From contig NC_043000.1 in the NCBI RefSeq assembly GCF_006345805.1, positions 158,720,001-158,784,000 on the forward strand: a DNA stretch of 64,000 bases, written 5' to 3'. The stretch is from Octopus sinensis (taxonomy: Eukaryota). Of this stretch, positions 1-11,917 are shown one piece after another. The notes below the pieces were generated by a model. The model did not search any database and was not told the origin of the DNA. It saw nothing but the letters and a program-made list of their open reading frames with translations. Made by a program: the position numbers and the translations under genes. How positions within the stretch are numbered: position 1 is the stretch's first letter; each line of letters opens with the position of its first letter.

Positions 1-3000
1 CTGTTTTATGTTCAGACTTCAGCTATTCTAAGTCTAAACGAATTACCTGAAAGTTGTGCTGCGAAAATAATTGATTTACAACCCTTTTATTATAATCATG
101 CTATTCTTCGTGGAATTGCAGCCGTAGTGAAAGCATCAATAACTGCCTTCTTACATTGCACTCTGATGCCTAAGTAGCCATGGATTATCATTTTCTTTTC
201 TCTATGATTGTACAGTCGTTGGGTGTCACAAGTAGTAGGAAGTATGCGGTGTTTCGGGTGTATAGTTCTCATATTACAGACTACAGGTCTTATTCTCTAC
301 AGGCAAGACAAAATTTGTTGATGGTAATATATTATTCTTGCTAATGAGATGAGTTTTAAATTTGATCTTTCCAACAAAAGTCTTCATAATTCATCGTTAT
401 TTTGATAACTTCCATGGATGCATATTAGAACGCATAAACGTCCAGCCACTGTATTATCGTCTTGACTTTGAATTCCAAATTTCTTGCTGAAATGATCCTT
501 TGATCTCGATTTCTGTTCTGTTTTTATTGTTCTAATCTAAAGAACCTCTTTATGTTCAAACTAAAGTGTTCGATCATTCGGAGCAAATTCACAAACAGAA
601 TATCTCAGAAACATACTTTTAGCTTCTATTTTAACAAACAAGCATCATTTGAAATTGCGGTTACAATATCCCATTAGATATCTCAATTAAGTCTAGTACT
701 ACTTGTTCTTCAGTACTACACATTTCTATAGTACTACTCATTCTGCCAGCTTTTAGCGAAATGCCAGCATCCTCATTAATTAAACAAGATTACCACGCTT
801 TGATAAGACAATTACCTAAGACAATGAAAATGATTTCCTTGTAATTAATCTCGGTGAATGAAATAATATTTTGGAATATATTTTTATTATCTATTACCAA
901 TATTTAGATAAAGAGCTGGTTCGCTGTTTCGTCCATGGTATAGGAAATTGTTTTTGGTAAATGTTCAGGTATCGTTTGTGACACTATTTTGGAAAATAGT
1001 TTGTAAGCTACCTACAGACAACCGATGACGTTTGAGGTAGATGAAATATTTCATTTTGTTTTATCGTTAAAGTTTACTGAAGAGGAAGGGCGCTACATAT
1101 CTAAAATCAATGAACATTTCCACTTACAATTTTTAACAAGTTCTCGTCAAGTGAATGCAGCGGATAGTGTTTGGCTTGGGGCAATAGATGCAGCAATGTA
1201 TGCATGCCTAATGAATGAAGAAATATGAGTGCATTTAGAGTGCCTCAGTGCAAGGGATGTAATGAGTAGAGACCACTATAGTTATGATAGCAAAAAAGAG
1301 GGAATAGGCAGGCTATGTATTTCGGTTTAGTGTGTATTTTTTAGTGATTTCCTGATAGTCAGTAGACACGCCTTGAAATGTGTAACAGCAGCAACATTTG
1401 GGTGCACTGCTCAATTATCGCTTTCACTGAAGGTTCGTAGACGACTTGTAGCAGATGGAAACTGAATTTTTTCTGTTTCTGAAAGAATATATCAGTTTTT
1501 GAAATGCAGTCTTTTAAGGAATTTTAAGTAATTAAAGTCTGTTAAGAAATTAAATTACGCACGAGCGACTCAGAGTCAGGGAGATCTATTATTTGAAGTG
1601 ATAAAGAGTGTTTCAAGAGTATCTTGCATATGCTTAATGGCATTAAAGTGTAACAGTGGACAATTGAAATAATCAGTATCTTATTTTGTTTTATTTTATT
1701 GCTGTTGAGGGAGATTGATATGATGTTATTTTAGTATATTTCTAAGTTCACTCTTTATTGACACAGAACACGTTTGGTCTGCAGTGACTAGAATATACGT
1801 GGATAATATTCGGGTGCGATAGTTAAAGGAGATATGAACGATGATTTTGTCTACATATGAGAAAACGCTATCGTGGGAAACATTCAAATATATTGTTCAT
1901 ATATGTTTGCGACGGCTTCATGTACTTTGGTCATTTTTGCGGGTCATTAAATGTAGATAATTTTGAGAAGACCGATTGATTCTAATCTTATACATTTTAA
2001 ATCCATTACTTTAGAGCAGAAAAAATTGTGAGGTGTGGTAGTTACGGTATTAAAGTTGTGAATGCAATTTCTAAACCCAGGAATGTTTTTTTTTGTCTTT
2101 CACCAAAGAATATTATCTCAAATTTATGTCTCTTATTTGTAAAGAGAACCCACTAGGTACTGAAAGACTACTTTTCTACCATGTCATAACGGTGCTCCTA
2201 TATTATTTCAAGTTTATGAGGTCTAGAGGAGCACGAATTTCGATTCTATAGGCACTTGAAATAACAGCAAATGTATATGTTACCAAGCTAGGCTTACTTG
2301 TGGAAGACGGCTCTCTGTAATACTAACACTCATCCAAAGCATCATTGTTCAATATTTTTGTTGCATTTAGTCACTTTTAATATGTATTCTTATCAATGTT
2401 TTAAAAACTTTAAGTGCTGTCATATGGTTTATTATACTTGTTTCATTACGTGGAGTATTTATTCTATACTTTAATTCTCCCTGCATGTGCCTAATTCATG
2501 TGAGCGACTACTGTAATTATACTTTACCTATTTCGACCAACAACAAACCAGTAGAAACCGTGGATTATACGACTAGGCATTAAAACGCAATGCTTTGATA
2601 ATTCCCCTTAGACATTGTAAATATGAACTTTTTTATTTGCGTAAGTCATCAAAAGGCTTTTCTTAAATGCTGATTGTTATTCACAGGAGTTGCTTTATAG
2701 GTCAAATAGTTAGCTATTGTTATAGGTATAGTGAATTTCCGATTGAGCCACTCTGTTATATAGACGAATTTTTGTATTCTCGGAAGCGATATTTTTTGAT
2801 ACAGTATGATACTACTGGGTATCAAACACCAGACACGAGTAACATCTACAATTTTTGTTCTGATATCCATTGATTGCATTGATGTTACTGTATTTATTTT
2901 CAATGCTGATTTTATATGAATTATTAACATCTCTCTCAGCTATTCCCCTGTTAAGCATTACTAAATGTAAAGCAGCATTCATTGTGCACAAGCTGAAATA

Positions 3001-3377
3001 GATTCGGATAATGCTGCATGTTGGCGCACGGACTGTGCACGGAGCTGAATATTCATTTTATCCGACGATCACTCACATAAACTTGAATTATCAATTTATT
3101 TTATTGAGTACACGTTGTGTACGAGAACGTGTTTACCTTTGGTTTACATAGGTCCCGTATATGTAACGCGAATATATATATAAACACCTGGAATTATCGT
3201 CTGGCAATTTCAAATGCATGCATAGCTTCCCTCGCGATCTATTTTCTGGCATCATGTTAAACGATGTCGTTTCCTACTCCTTTTATAGTCGTACATTGAG
3301 AAGAGGGTCTGAGGCCCGTTATCTAAACGTTTCTCATGAAGACTCGAAGCCCAGTATCAGTTTAATAAACTATATCC

Positions 3378-3607
3378 ATTTCTTTACTACCCACAAGGGG
3401 CTAAACATAGAGGAGACAAACAAGGACAGACAAAGAGAGTAAGTCGATTGCATCGACCCCAGTGCGAAACTGGTACTTTATTTATCGACCCCGAAAGGAT
3501 GAAAGGTAAAGTTGACCTCGGCGGAATTTGAACTCAGAACGTAACGACCGACGAAATACCGCAAAGCATTTCGCCCGGCGCGCTAACGTTTCTGCCAGCT
3601 CACCGCC
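3378..3607 (-). mobile_element. tRNA-headed SINE, family B (tail type 1)
   Basis: Minus strand reads GGCGGTGAGCTGGCAGAAACGTTAGC...GAGTTCAAATTCC (A/B-box-like head), then a central TTTCATCCTTTCGGGGTCGATAAA..AAGTACCAGT core and the tail ...TTGTGGGTAGTAAAGAAAT. Near-identical copies at 22166, 29129 and 54379. Confidence 0.85.
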
Positions 3608-4293
3608 TATTAACTAATAAACTATATAGTGTGCTTACTGAGTGAAACGAGTAGAAATCATACTTTGAAGAAATTGTAAACATACCTGTCTGGCAGGAGA
3701 TACCATTGGCAGAATCGTTACAATATCAGAAAAAATGCATTGCTGCGTTTGAGTTTGATTCCAATCTTCTAGTTCTGAGTCCAAATTCTCTTAGAAGATG
3801 GATACGATAATATACGTGAAAATTACTCGTTCGATAGTATCGATTTACCCTTCCCTTCAATCTATTATTAATATTATTATTGTTGTTGTTATATCAACAT
3901 GTTATCATCATCATCGTAATAGCTGGCGTTGAATATCAGAATCAATATAACGCCTAACATACAGTAAGTTGAAACATAGCCGGAGTCAACCTTGCCTTTC
4001 ATTATAACGGAGTCAATAATATAATTATCAAACATGTTATAAAATTGATTTCCTTGACTACACCTCTCCCACAAGGAATGCGCACTGCCTATGTCACAAA
4101 TCACTATTATTATTCTCTGTATCGTCAGCTATAAAATTTCTGTAGCATCATTTTTTAATGTTTTCCTTGCCGTGCTTTAACTTCCCCGTTCGCTGCTTGT
4201 CCGATTTTCTCCACACCATAACCCGTCATAGGAACAGCGCAATATTAAATAACAAATACATTTCCTCGTCCTTGGGTTCCCTTTCCTGCAGTC

Positions 4294-4441
4294 TCTTCTT
4301 CTTCTTCTTCTTCTTCTTCTTCTTCTTCTTCTTCTTCTTCTTCTTCTTCTTCTTCTCTTCTTCTTCTTCTGCTTCTTCTTCTTCTTCTTCTTCTTCTTCT
4401 TCTTCTTCTTCTTCTTCTTCTTCTTCTTCTTCTTCTTCTTT
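4294..4441. repeat. (CTT)n microsatellite
   Basis: About 150 bp of CTT repeat; it explains the poly-F/S and poly-K/R ORFs. Confidence 0.97.
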
Positions 4442-5066
4442 CCCCTCTCCTCTCTATTTATCGTAAAACCAGTGTAAATGCTATTAGTACACATTTTAAT
4501 TACTTTCAGAGACTTTACAAAAATTATCCGCGTAGTAATGTCCAAGATATCAATTAAATTTTTATTGCGGGAATTTAGCATTCTTCCCACAGCTGCAGTT
4601 TGATGCAGAATATAATAATCCATCCGACAACCAACAGACGTAAATCCTTTACGAATCAAAACTATTCCGAATTCATGTGTTTATTACCGCCTTCAATAAC
4701 TTCAGACAAGAGATATAAAGTACTTCTTCAACAAAACCTTGTATACCAAGTAATCTTTTATTCCTTGGAAGGATATGAATGCGACATAAGATACTAATCT
4801 TCAATATTAATATTAATTCAAACTAGAACGGCGAATTATAGAGTATATAATTCCTACTTGGGTTGATTGATCTTTAGCAGCTAAGTCTGCAGGTGCTGTG
4901 ATGTCCTGGTAATTGGCTGTGAACATTCCTTTTCTTGCTTTGGTTGTGCAACACAATAAAGTTTTCAAAAATATCGCTCTCAATTCACAAGAGGACCACT
5001 ACTGATGCTAGAATAATCAGCAATATTAACGTGTGTGTACACACACACATACACACACATATATAT

Positions 5067-5505
5067 GTAGGCGCAGGAGTGGCTTGTAGGCTCAGGAGTG
5101 GCTGTGTGGTAAGTAGCTTGCTAACCAACCACATGATTCCGGGTTCAGTCCCACTGCGTGACATCTTGGGCAAGTGTCTTCTGCTATAGCCCCGGGCCGA
5201 CCAGAGCCTTGTGAGTGGATTTGGTAGATGGAAACTAAACGAAGCCGGTCGTATATATGTATATATATATATACATATATGTGTGTGTATGTGTTTGTGT
5301 GTCTGTGTTTGTCCCCCTAGCATTGCTTGACAACCTATCCTGGTGTGCTTGCGTCCCCGTCACTTAGCGGTTCGGCAAAAGAGACCCGATAGAATAAGTA
5401 CTGGAGTTACAAAGAATAAGTCCCGGGGTCGATTTGATCGACGAAAAGACGGTGCTCCAGCATGGCCGCAGTCAAATGACTGAAACAAGTAAAAGAGTAA
5501 AAGAG
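5067..5505 (+). mobile_element. SINE family A (internal TA/TG microsatellite)
   Basis: GGCGCAGGAGTGGCTGTGTGGTAAG...GGTTCAGTCCC head, internal microsatellite and (GTAAAAGA)n tail. The first ~19 nt are duplicated in tandem. Homologous copies at 46067, 50326, 54081 and 59572/61974. Confidence 0.85.
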
Positions 5506-5612
5506 TAATGAGTATATATATATATATATATATATATACCAGACAGTAAATCAAAATTCCATAAATTAATATTCCGTGTCGCTCAAGGACTTCAGTTTGA
5601 ACAATTAGATAC

Positions 5613-5665
<53 letters not shown>

Positions 5666-5869
5666 GATAGATAGATGGATAGATACATATAGACCTCCCA
5701 ACAACATAACACCACACCACACTACGCCATACAACATTACACATCACATGACAACACACCACCCACACGCGCATCCCCACATTTTCACACATACACATAC
5801 ATACACGCATACGTCCAGACCACCAGCCCTCTTTCACACGCACATACATATTCTCTTATACACACACGC

Positions 5870-6140
5870 ACCTTCGTACTAGGGGTCATATTTACTTTGT
5901 TATCTCCCCTACTTTCCCTCTTGTGTGTGATCCTTCTGTCCGAATCAGTCGCCATGATAGATCGTTAGCCACTACACACATTTTTTCTCTCCTTGTTTTT
6001 TCGGTGTCAATTTCTGTAGAAGAGCGTAGGCTCGAAACGTAAAAGACTTTTTCTATTCCTGAGCGTTATACTAATACAACTGTTTGTTTTGTACACCACC
6101 TGTCTTCGTCTTTTATTTTTTTCGTAAACTCTCCCTATAC
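5870..6140 (+). mobile_element. PLE pLTR-like repeat with non-canonical hammerhead-like motif (6014-6041)
   Basis: CTGTAGA-A-GAGC-GTAG-GCTC-GAAAC-GTA followed by CCTGAGCG..TAATAC. The same motif arrangement occurs at 48097 and 53042. Confidence 0.45.
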
Positions 6141-6964
6141 ACATATACACACACACACACACACTCACTCACATATATACGATATAGTGTATATTTAAAC
6201 ACAGAGAATCCACTTATAATGATTCTAACGCATTTGAAAGAACAGCTAAGTTCTATGACCACAAAAAAATTCGGGATATACATATATATACAAACATATA
6301 TATATATATATATTTATATAAACTTACTTGGAGAACAGAAAAGAAACGAAACGACGCGAGGGCGCTCAGTCATGCAATAAATTAATAAATAAAATATATG
6401 CATACATATATACATATATGTACGTACCTACATCTACATGTATATATACATGTATATATAAATATATATATGAGAGTACAGGACACCACAAATAGACGTA
6501 GAACTCAACGAGAAACGAAAACTTAAAAACAAACATGGAAACGGACTTTTTTTAACAACGAAAAAACAGAGTACAAGACAAACAATACAAGGAAAATTCC
6601 CCTTCATCAGCTGTCCCTAGTTCAACTCCATGCGTGTTTCGAAGGTAATGACAGAACACGACTCGTCGAACTAGACCTTCCTGCGAAAGAATTAAATAAA
6701 ATTCCTTTGCAGAGGGGTAAAAACAAGGAAAGAAAAAATGGTAAACTGAAATAATTCGAAGTTCATTAGCGTAGAAAACCCAGGAGTCACACTGATAAAG
6801 AAGAATAATATATAATAAAATTAAGTAGTCAAGCAATGAATATACTACAACCTTATCAGTAGTTACGGTTGTTTCTGCCAATCTGTTTCTAGCCATTTGC
6901 CTGTAAATGATTCCATGTTTGCTTGATTATATCGGATTGGTAGCTCTTCGGTAACAATAATAAA

Positions 6965-7060
6965 GTTCCAGCGATCGATTGGATCTGAAGTCTTCGAATT
7001 AGCTTTCTCCTTTTTGGTTTCGTGAAGCCTAACTTCTCAAGATTGGTGTTTAGGTAGCGT
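6965..7060 (-). mobile_element. 3'-terminal fragment of an REL-endonuclease non-LTR retrotransposon (R4/NeSL-like)
   Basis: Translates LNTNLEKLGFTKPKRRKLIRRLQIQSIAGT, resembling the C-terminal end of REL domains (L..LG....LI..LQ..A..GT). Recognised from memory only. Confidence 0.45.
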
Positions 7061-7062
7061 AA

Positions 7063-7128
7063 GTATGTATGTATGTATGTATGTATGTATGTATGTATGT
7101 ATGTATGTATGTATGTATGTATGTATGT
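7063..7128. repeat. (TATG)n microsatellite
   Basis: Perfect tetranucleotide run. Confidence 0.95.
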
Positions 7129-7324
7129 TTGTGTCTGTGTGCGTTGCGCGGCGTGCATGTGTAAGTTGATGTATCTTCTACAAGGTGGAATGAACTTTTA
7201 CAAGAGCAGAAGCACACTGAAAACAGAAATGGGTCGATGGAAATCTCGTTAACACTTTTAACGACAATAGTAAAAACCAAGTAAAATTTTAGATCAGATA
7301 TTGTTTAAAATAAGTTTTTTATAT

Positions 7325-7370
<46 letters not shown>

Positions 7371-8562
7371 AACAATACGACTTATGATTAAAAAAACCCT
7401 CCATAATAATCCATAAGGCGGAGATATATAAGAAATCTTACGGATGAATAAGCAATAAACATAACAGAAGACAATCTTCATTTCCATAAAACACCGAATT
7501 ATAGAAAATATGACAGGAATATTCAGCAATCAGAATCTTAAAATGGGCACAATAATAACTAGAGAACACAAAATCAATTGAAATAATTACGGTTGATTAT
7601 ACAAGATTCATATAGAGATAGTTTAAAGTAGACAAAGAAATCAATAAAAAAACAAAAAACAAATATGTCTGACATAAAAGCGAAATTAGGAAAAGTTGCG
7701 TATTCATGTTGTCACTAATCATCGATGTCATTCATCAAAGCATATGAGAAAAAAATAGCAAAATCGCATCGTATTTTCATGTATTGATATAATCATAAAT
7801 ATGCTACTGACGGAGTTGTCTAATTTCTTACAAAAAACTGTATTGTAAAAAAATTCGATAGGAAAGTAAGTAAAAAAGAAAAAATCGTAAAAAAATTCGA
7901 AATAAACTTTAATTTAGCATGGAATATTGAATCTTAACTCTAGTCGGCCATTAGCACAGATATATTTAAGTAATATTTTTACTTGTAAATAGAATAGAAA
8001 CACAATATAAAAATACTGTCATAGACTTATGGTATTCATGGCTTTCGTAAGAGACAGTTTCTTTTTAAATTTTAAGAATGAGTTAAAGTGAAGTGAATTT
8101 CACTATAAAAAACAGATGTAGTTTGACATAACAGTGACTCTTCTCTAAAGAGTGGAATTATCAACATCACAGTAAGAGTTTCGGAAAAGAAAGTATCTTA
8201 CTCTGAAAGTAAAGTCACGCTTGTAGAAGCATCACCTTTGTGGAGACACCTATATTAATGGATATTGAACATGGACATATGATTAAATCCAATCTCTATG
8301 CCAGACAGTAATTGAGTTTTCTGGTATTTCAAACAAAAGTGGAAGAACAATATTGTTGAAATACTCATCTACAGCAAAATAATGATACGTAGCAGGAAAA
8401 AGTGCCGAAAGCATACCTTGTTATGCTAGACAAGAATATAGAGTTGATTGGGACACAAATATTTATCTCAATCACTATCACGCGGAATATACATAAACTG
8501 TAAATCAAATATTTAATGAAAAATGTATGGAGGCATAACGAATACAACTTGATATAGAGATG

Positions 8563-8950
8563 AGGAGGCGCAATGGCCCAGTGGTTAGCGCAGCGGATTC
8601 GTGGTCGTAGGATCGCGGTTTCGATTCCCAGACCGGGCGTTGTTAGTGTTTACTGAGCGAAAACACCTAAAAGCTCCACGAGGCTCCGGCAGGGATGGTG
8701 GTGATCCCTGATGTACTCTTTCACCACAATTTTCTCTCACTCTTACTTCATGTTGCTGTTGTACCTGTACTTCAAAGGGCCGGCCTTGTCACTCACTCTC
8801 TGTGTCACGCTGAATATCCCCGAGAACTACGTTAAGGGTACACGTGACTGTGGAGTGCTCATCCACTTACACGTTAATTTCACGAGCAGGCTGTTCCGTT
8901 GATCGGATCAACCGGAACCCTCGTCGTCGTAACTGACGGAGTGCTTCCAA
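8563..8950 (+). mobile_element. tRNA-headed SINE, family C, full length with 12-bp TSD
   Basis: A-box TGGCCCAGTGG and B-box GTTTCGATTCC. TSD GATATAGAGATG at 8551-8562 and 8951-8962. Near-identical copy at 10072. Confidence 0.92.
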
Positions 8951-9399
8951 GATATAGAGATGGGTATAAAAAGCTGTTATTGCTGCCAAGTTCAAAATAA
9001 AATACGAGAAATGTTCTGACTAAACTAAATCTAATATTCATACATTGCCTTCAGCTTAAAAAAACATAACACTGTGTGAATTTATATACACGTAACTTTA
9101 AAAAAAAGAGCTTTTTGAAATTTTAAGCTTATTCATTAATTTTAAGTGATAGTAATAATAACTGTTACAAATATTTTAGGATGCGTTAAAATAGCCAGCA
9201 CTTTCCATTTTCAGTAGGTTGGTCTGGAGAAAGATATCGAGCTCATGACCTTAGATAAAATTTTCAGGTATTATGGGACTATTGAAGTCAATGTGGTTTA
9301 CGATTCTTTTCAAAATGTTCAAGTCTAAACATGCAGGAAAAATTCAGAGATGATTATCTGGGAGAAGGAGAACAGGTTGTAAGTTTAAAGCTTGGCTTA

Positions 9400-10900
9400 A
9401 GAGTGGAGAATATACGTGGTTAGAGTAGGTAAAAGAGGGAGGTGCTGTGTGGAAGTAGAAAGTACACTGGACCATGCAGATCCGATGGGTGAAGGTTATT
9501 TTAGTAAGGATAGAAAAGTCACAGAAAGGCGTAAGAACGTTTGTGGGCTATATATTGAAGTGTAGCCGAGTTGTACGAAGCTGTCAACAAACCTTTCTCT
9601 TGATGCTCTCTAGGAATTCTCTCTGTGTAACTGTAGCAGAAATCCAGGTGCGGGAACAGCACTCGATTGTGAATATTATCCAAACTTTATTGAAGAATGA
9701 AAAACTTTAGATTATTGATTGCTTTAAAGAAAAATTTCAGATTTTTTCTGATACTGTTTAGCTACATCCAGGGTGGATATTTGAGTGGAGAGATCCACAG
9801 TGTTCTTGTAAGATTATAGAATTTTCTGAAAACTTCGAGTTTATTGCTGTGAATTATCTGTATGCCACTGATGTAGGCGAAAGATGCCTCTCTAAAATAA
9901 TGATTTCAAGTCAACCAGCTGACTCTCATGATAAGTCAAGCGTGAAGGGCATATGCTGCAAATGCTACCTAACATTCGATTGGTGAAAAGATGAGGGGAA
10001 TTTCATAGGGTTTGTGTTTGTTAGGGAAATAGACATCAAAAATATTATGAACGACTGTGTATCGATTGGGTAGTGGAGGCGCAATGGCCCAGTGGTTAAG
10101 GCAGCGGACTCGCGGTCATAGGATCGCGGTTTCGATTCCCAGACCGGGCGTTGTGAGTGTTTATTGAGCGAAAACACCTAAAAGCTCCACGAGGCTCCGG
10201 CAGGGATGGTGGTGATCCCTGCTGTACGCTTTCACCACAACTTTCTCTCACTCTTACTTCCTGTTTCTGTTGTACCTGTATTTCAAAGGGCCGGCCTTGT
10301 CACTCTCTGTGTCACGCTGAATATCCCCGAGAACTACGTTAAGGGTACACGTGTCTGTGGAGTGCTCAGCCACTTACACGTTAATTTCACGAGCAGGCTG
10401 TTCTGTTGATCGGATCAACCGGAACCCTCGTCGTCGTAACCGACGGAGTGCTTCCATCCATCGATTGGGTCTGAGAAAAGGAGACAAAAGAAATTGGTGT
10501 AAATGATTGAGAGGTGCTGAAGATTTAGCATATGTACTTGTAGGTTCCGTACGGATAAGTGTTAGCGCTGAAGTCAACGAGTGCATTATTTCAGAGAGAA
10601 GTGAAGAGATATAATTAACCTCGGTGCAGAAGGAGTTATCATTGAATATATGTTTATGATTGAAAGAGAACACAAAAAGGATTCAACATGCAGATATATT
10701 AGGACCTGTAGAGAAGTGAGATATCCTCGAACACGATTATGTAGGTATATTTGTAGCTGAATACCTGGGTAAAGTAGGTGAGTTGTTGGCGGAGAGAAAT
10801 TTGAATTGAGAGTACGCTCGAGTCAACAAAGAAAGACGATAGATAAGGGCTGGAATATATGTATCCAGAAGATGAATAACATATGAGGTTTGTGTATAAT
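9400..10900 (+). pseudogene. Possible heavily decayed Ty3/Gypsy pol (RT-connection/RNaseH/integrase) relic
   Basis: Weak motif echoes only: KVILVRIEKSQKGVRTFVG (cf. KV.AI..W..P.S.K.VRSFLG), FQIFSDT (cf. F.L.TDAS) and YIRTC. Many stop codons. Confidence 0.25.
10072..10459 (+). mobile_element. tRNA-headed SINE, family C, full length with 11-bp TSD
   Basis: Same sequence as 8563-8950. TSD ATCGATTGGGT at 10061-10071 and 10460-10470. Confidence 0.92.
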
Positions 10901-11203
10901 TAACTTGTGATTTATAGAGTTTTGCTTGAGTCAAAGTCCACTGGTATCACAAAAAAAGATTGAAATTTTCAGTGATATACTTTTCGAATTTTGAGTTGTG
11001 TAAATTGTGTTGACACCTTATGAGGCTACCATTACCTTCAAACAAGATTTTGATCATATTACTTACAACAGGGCGATCTACGCTGAAAATCGTGAGGTAT
11101 GCTTACATGATTTCCATGGAAGGTTTAATATTGCTATACCGAAAATTTCTCCATAAACATTATAAAAGTTTCAAGTGCCCCAGTCAATGACAAATAATTA
11201 AAA

Positions 11204-11411
11204 TAATCCTTTCTACTTTAGGTACAAGGTCTCAAATTTTGTGGAAAGGGGACAGTCGATTACATCGACACCAGTGCGTAACTACTACTTATTTTATCGA
11301 TCCAGAAAGGATAAAAGGCAAATTCGACCTCGGCAAAATTTGAACGTAAAGACAAGCGAAATAGCACCAAATATTTTATTCGATGTACTAACGATTCTGT
11401 CAGTTCGCTGC
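11204..11411 (-). mobile_element. Diverged SINE with family-B head/core and alternative tail (type 2)
   Basis: Core ATCGAC.CCAG...GGCAAA.TCGACCTCGGC..AATTTGAAC. Tail TAATCCTTTCTACT.TAGG.ACAAGG is shared with 54209 but not with tail type 1. Confidence 0.7.
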
Positions 11412-11805
11412 AGAGAATAAACGGGTGTGCATTTTGCTTTCTATTTCTAAAATATAGAGTAGCATTAGCAAAACTGAAGCAAAATTTATTGATTGTATAT
11501 TTGTGAACGGATATCCATAACAATTTATCTATCTCTAAAGGTATATTATTTCTAATTAAGTAAAAAAAAAAAAAGCTATGCAAAGAAAAAAAAAAGAAAT
11601 CGAAGAGGATGATTATTTACTATTGCATCAAGTGTACATCTCAGTTAGAAGAAATCAATACAGAAATTTTGCTGAAAATGTCGAGATTTGAACCCATCAT
11701 TAGAGGAAAACAACTAAATACAACAGAGTACTTAATTCGGGTCTCTAGTGATTTTGCTATCTACCGCCCCCAATAACAAATACCAATATAGAAGAGCATT
11801 TATTG

Positions 11806-11829
11806 ATAATAATAATATTAATAATAATA

Positions 11830-11910
<81 letters not shown>

Positions 11911-11917
11911 TGATGAT
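11806..11917. repeat. (AAT)n/(GAT)n microsatellite
   Basis: Long trinucleotide run that gives the poly-I/Y ORFs. Confidence 0.95.

Noticed and set aside
1-2900. Possible ancient TE coding relic or host exon (e.g. ORF 1025-1228)
   Set aside because: No diagnostic motif could be recognised in any frame.
4158-4659. Poly-F/S and poly-K/R ORFs; likewise all [12 protein letters not shown]/poly-I ORFs across the window
   Set aside because: Translations of CTT, TA, TG, TATG and AAT microsatellites.
6586-6690. GAAAC followed by CTGATGA on the minus strand (type II hammerhead order)
   Set aside because: Stems I and III cannot be formed and the only stem II candidate overlaps the core. At most a badly decayed pLTR.
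8563-8640. tRNA gene candidates (also 10072, 59005 and SINE B heads)
   Set aside because: A/B boxes continue into 200-400 bp of repeated SINE body, with TSDs at 8563 and 10072, and no complete cloverleaf. These are SINE heads.
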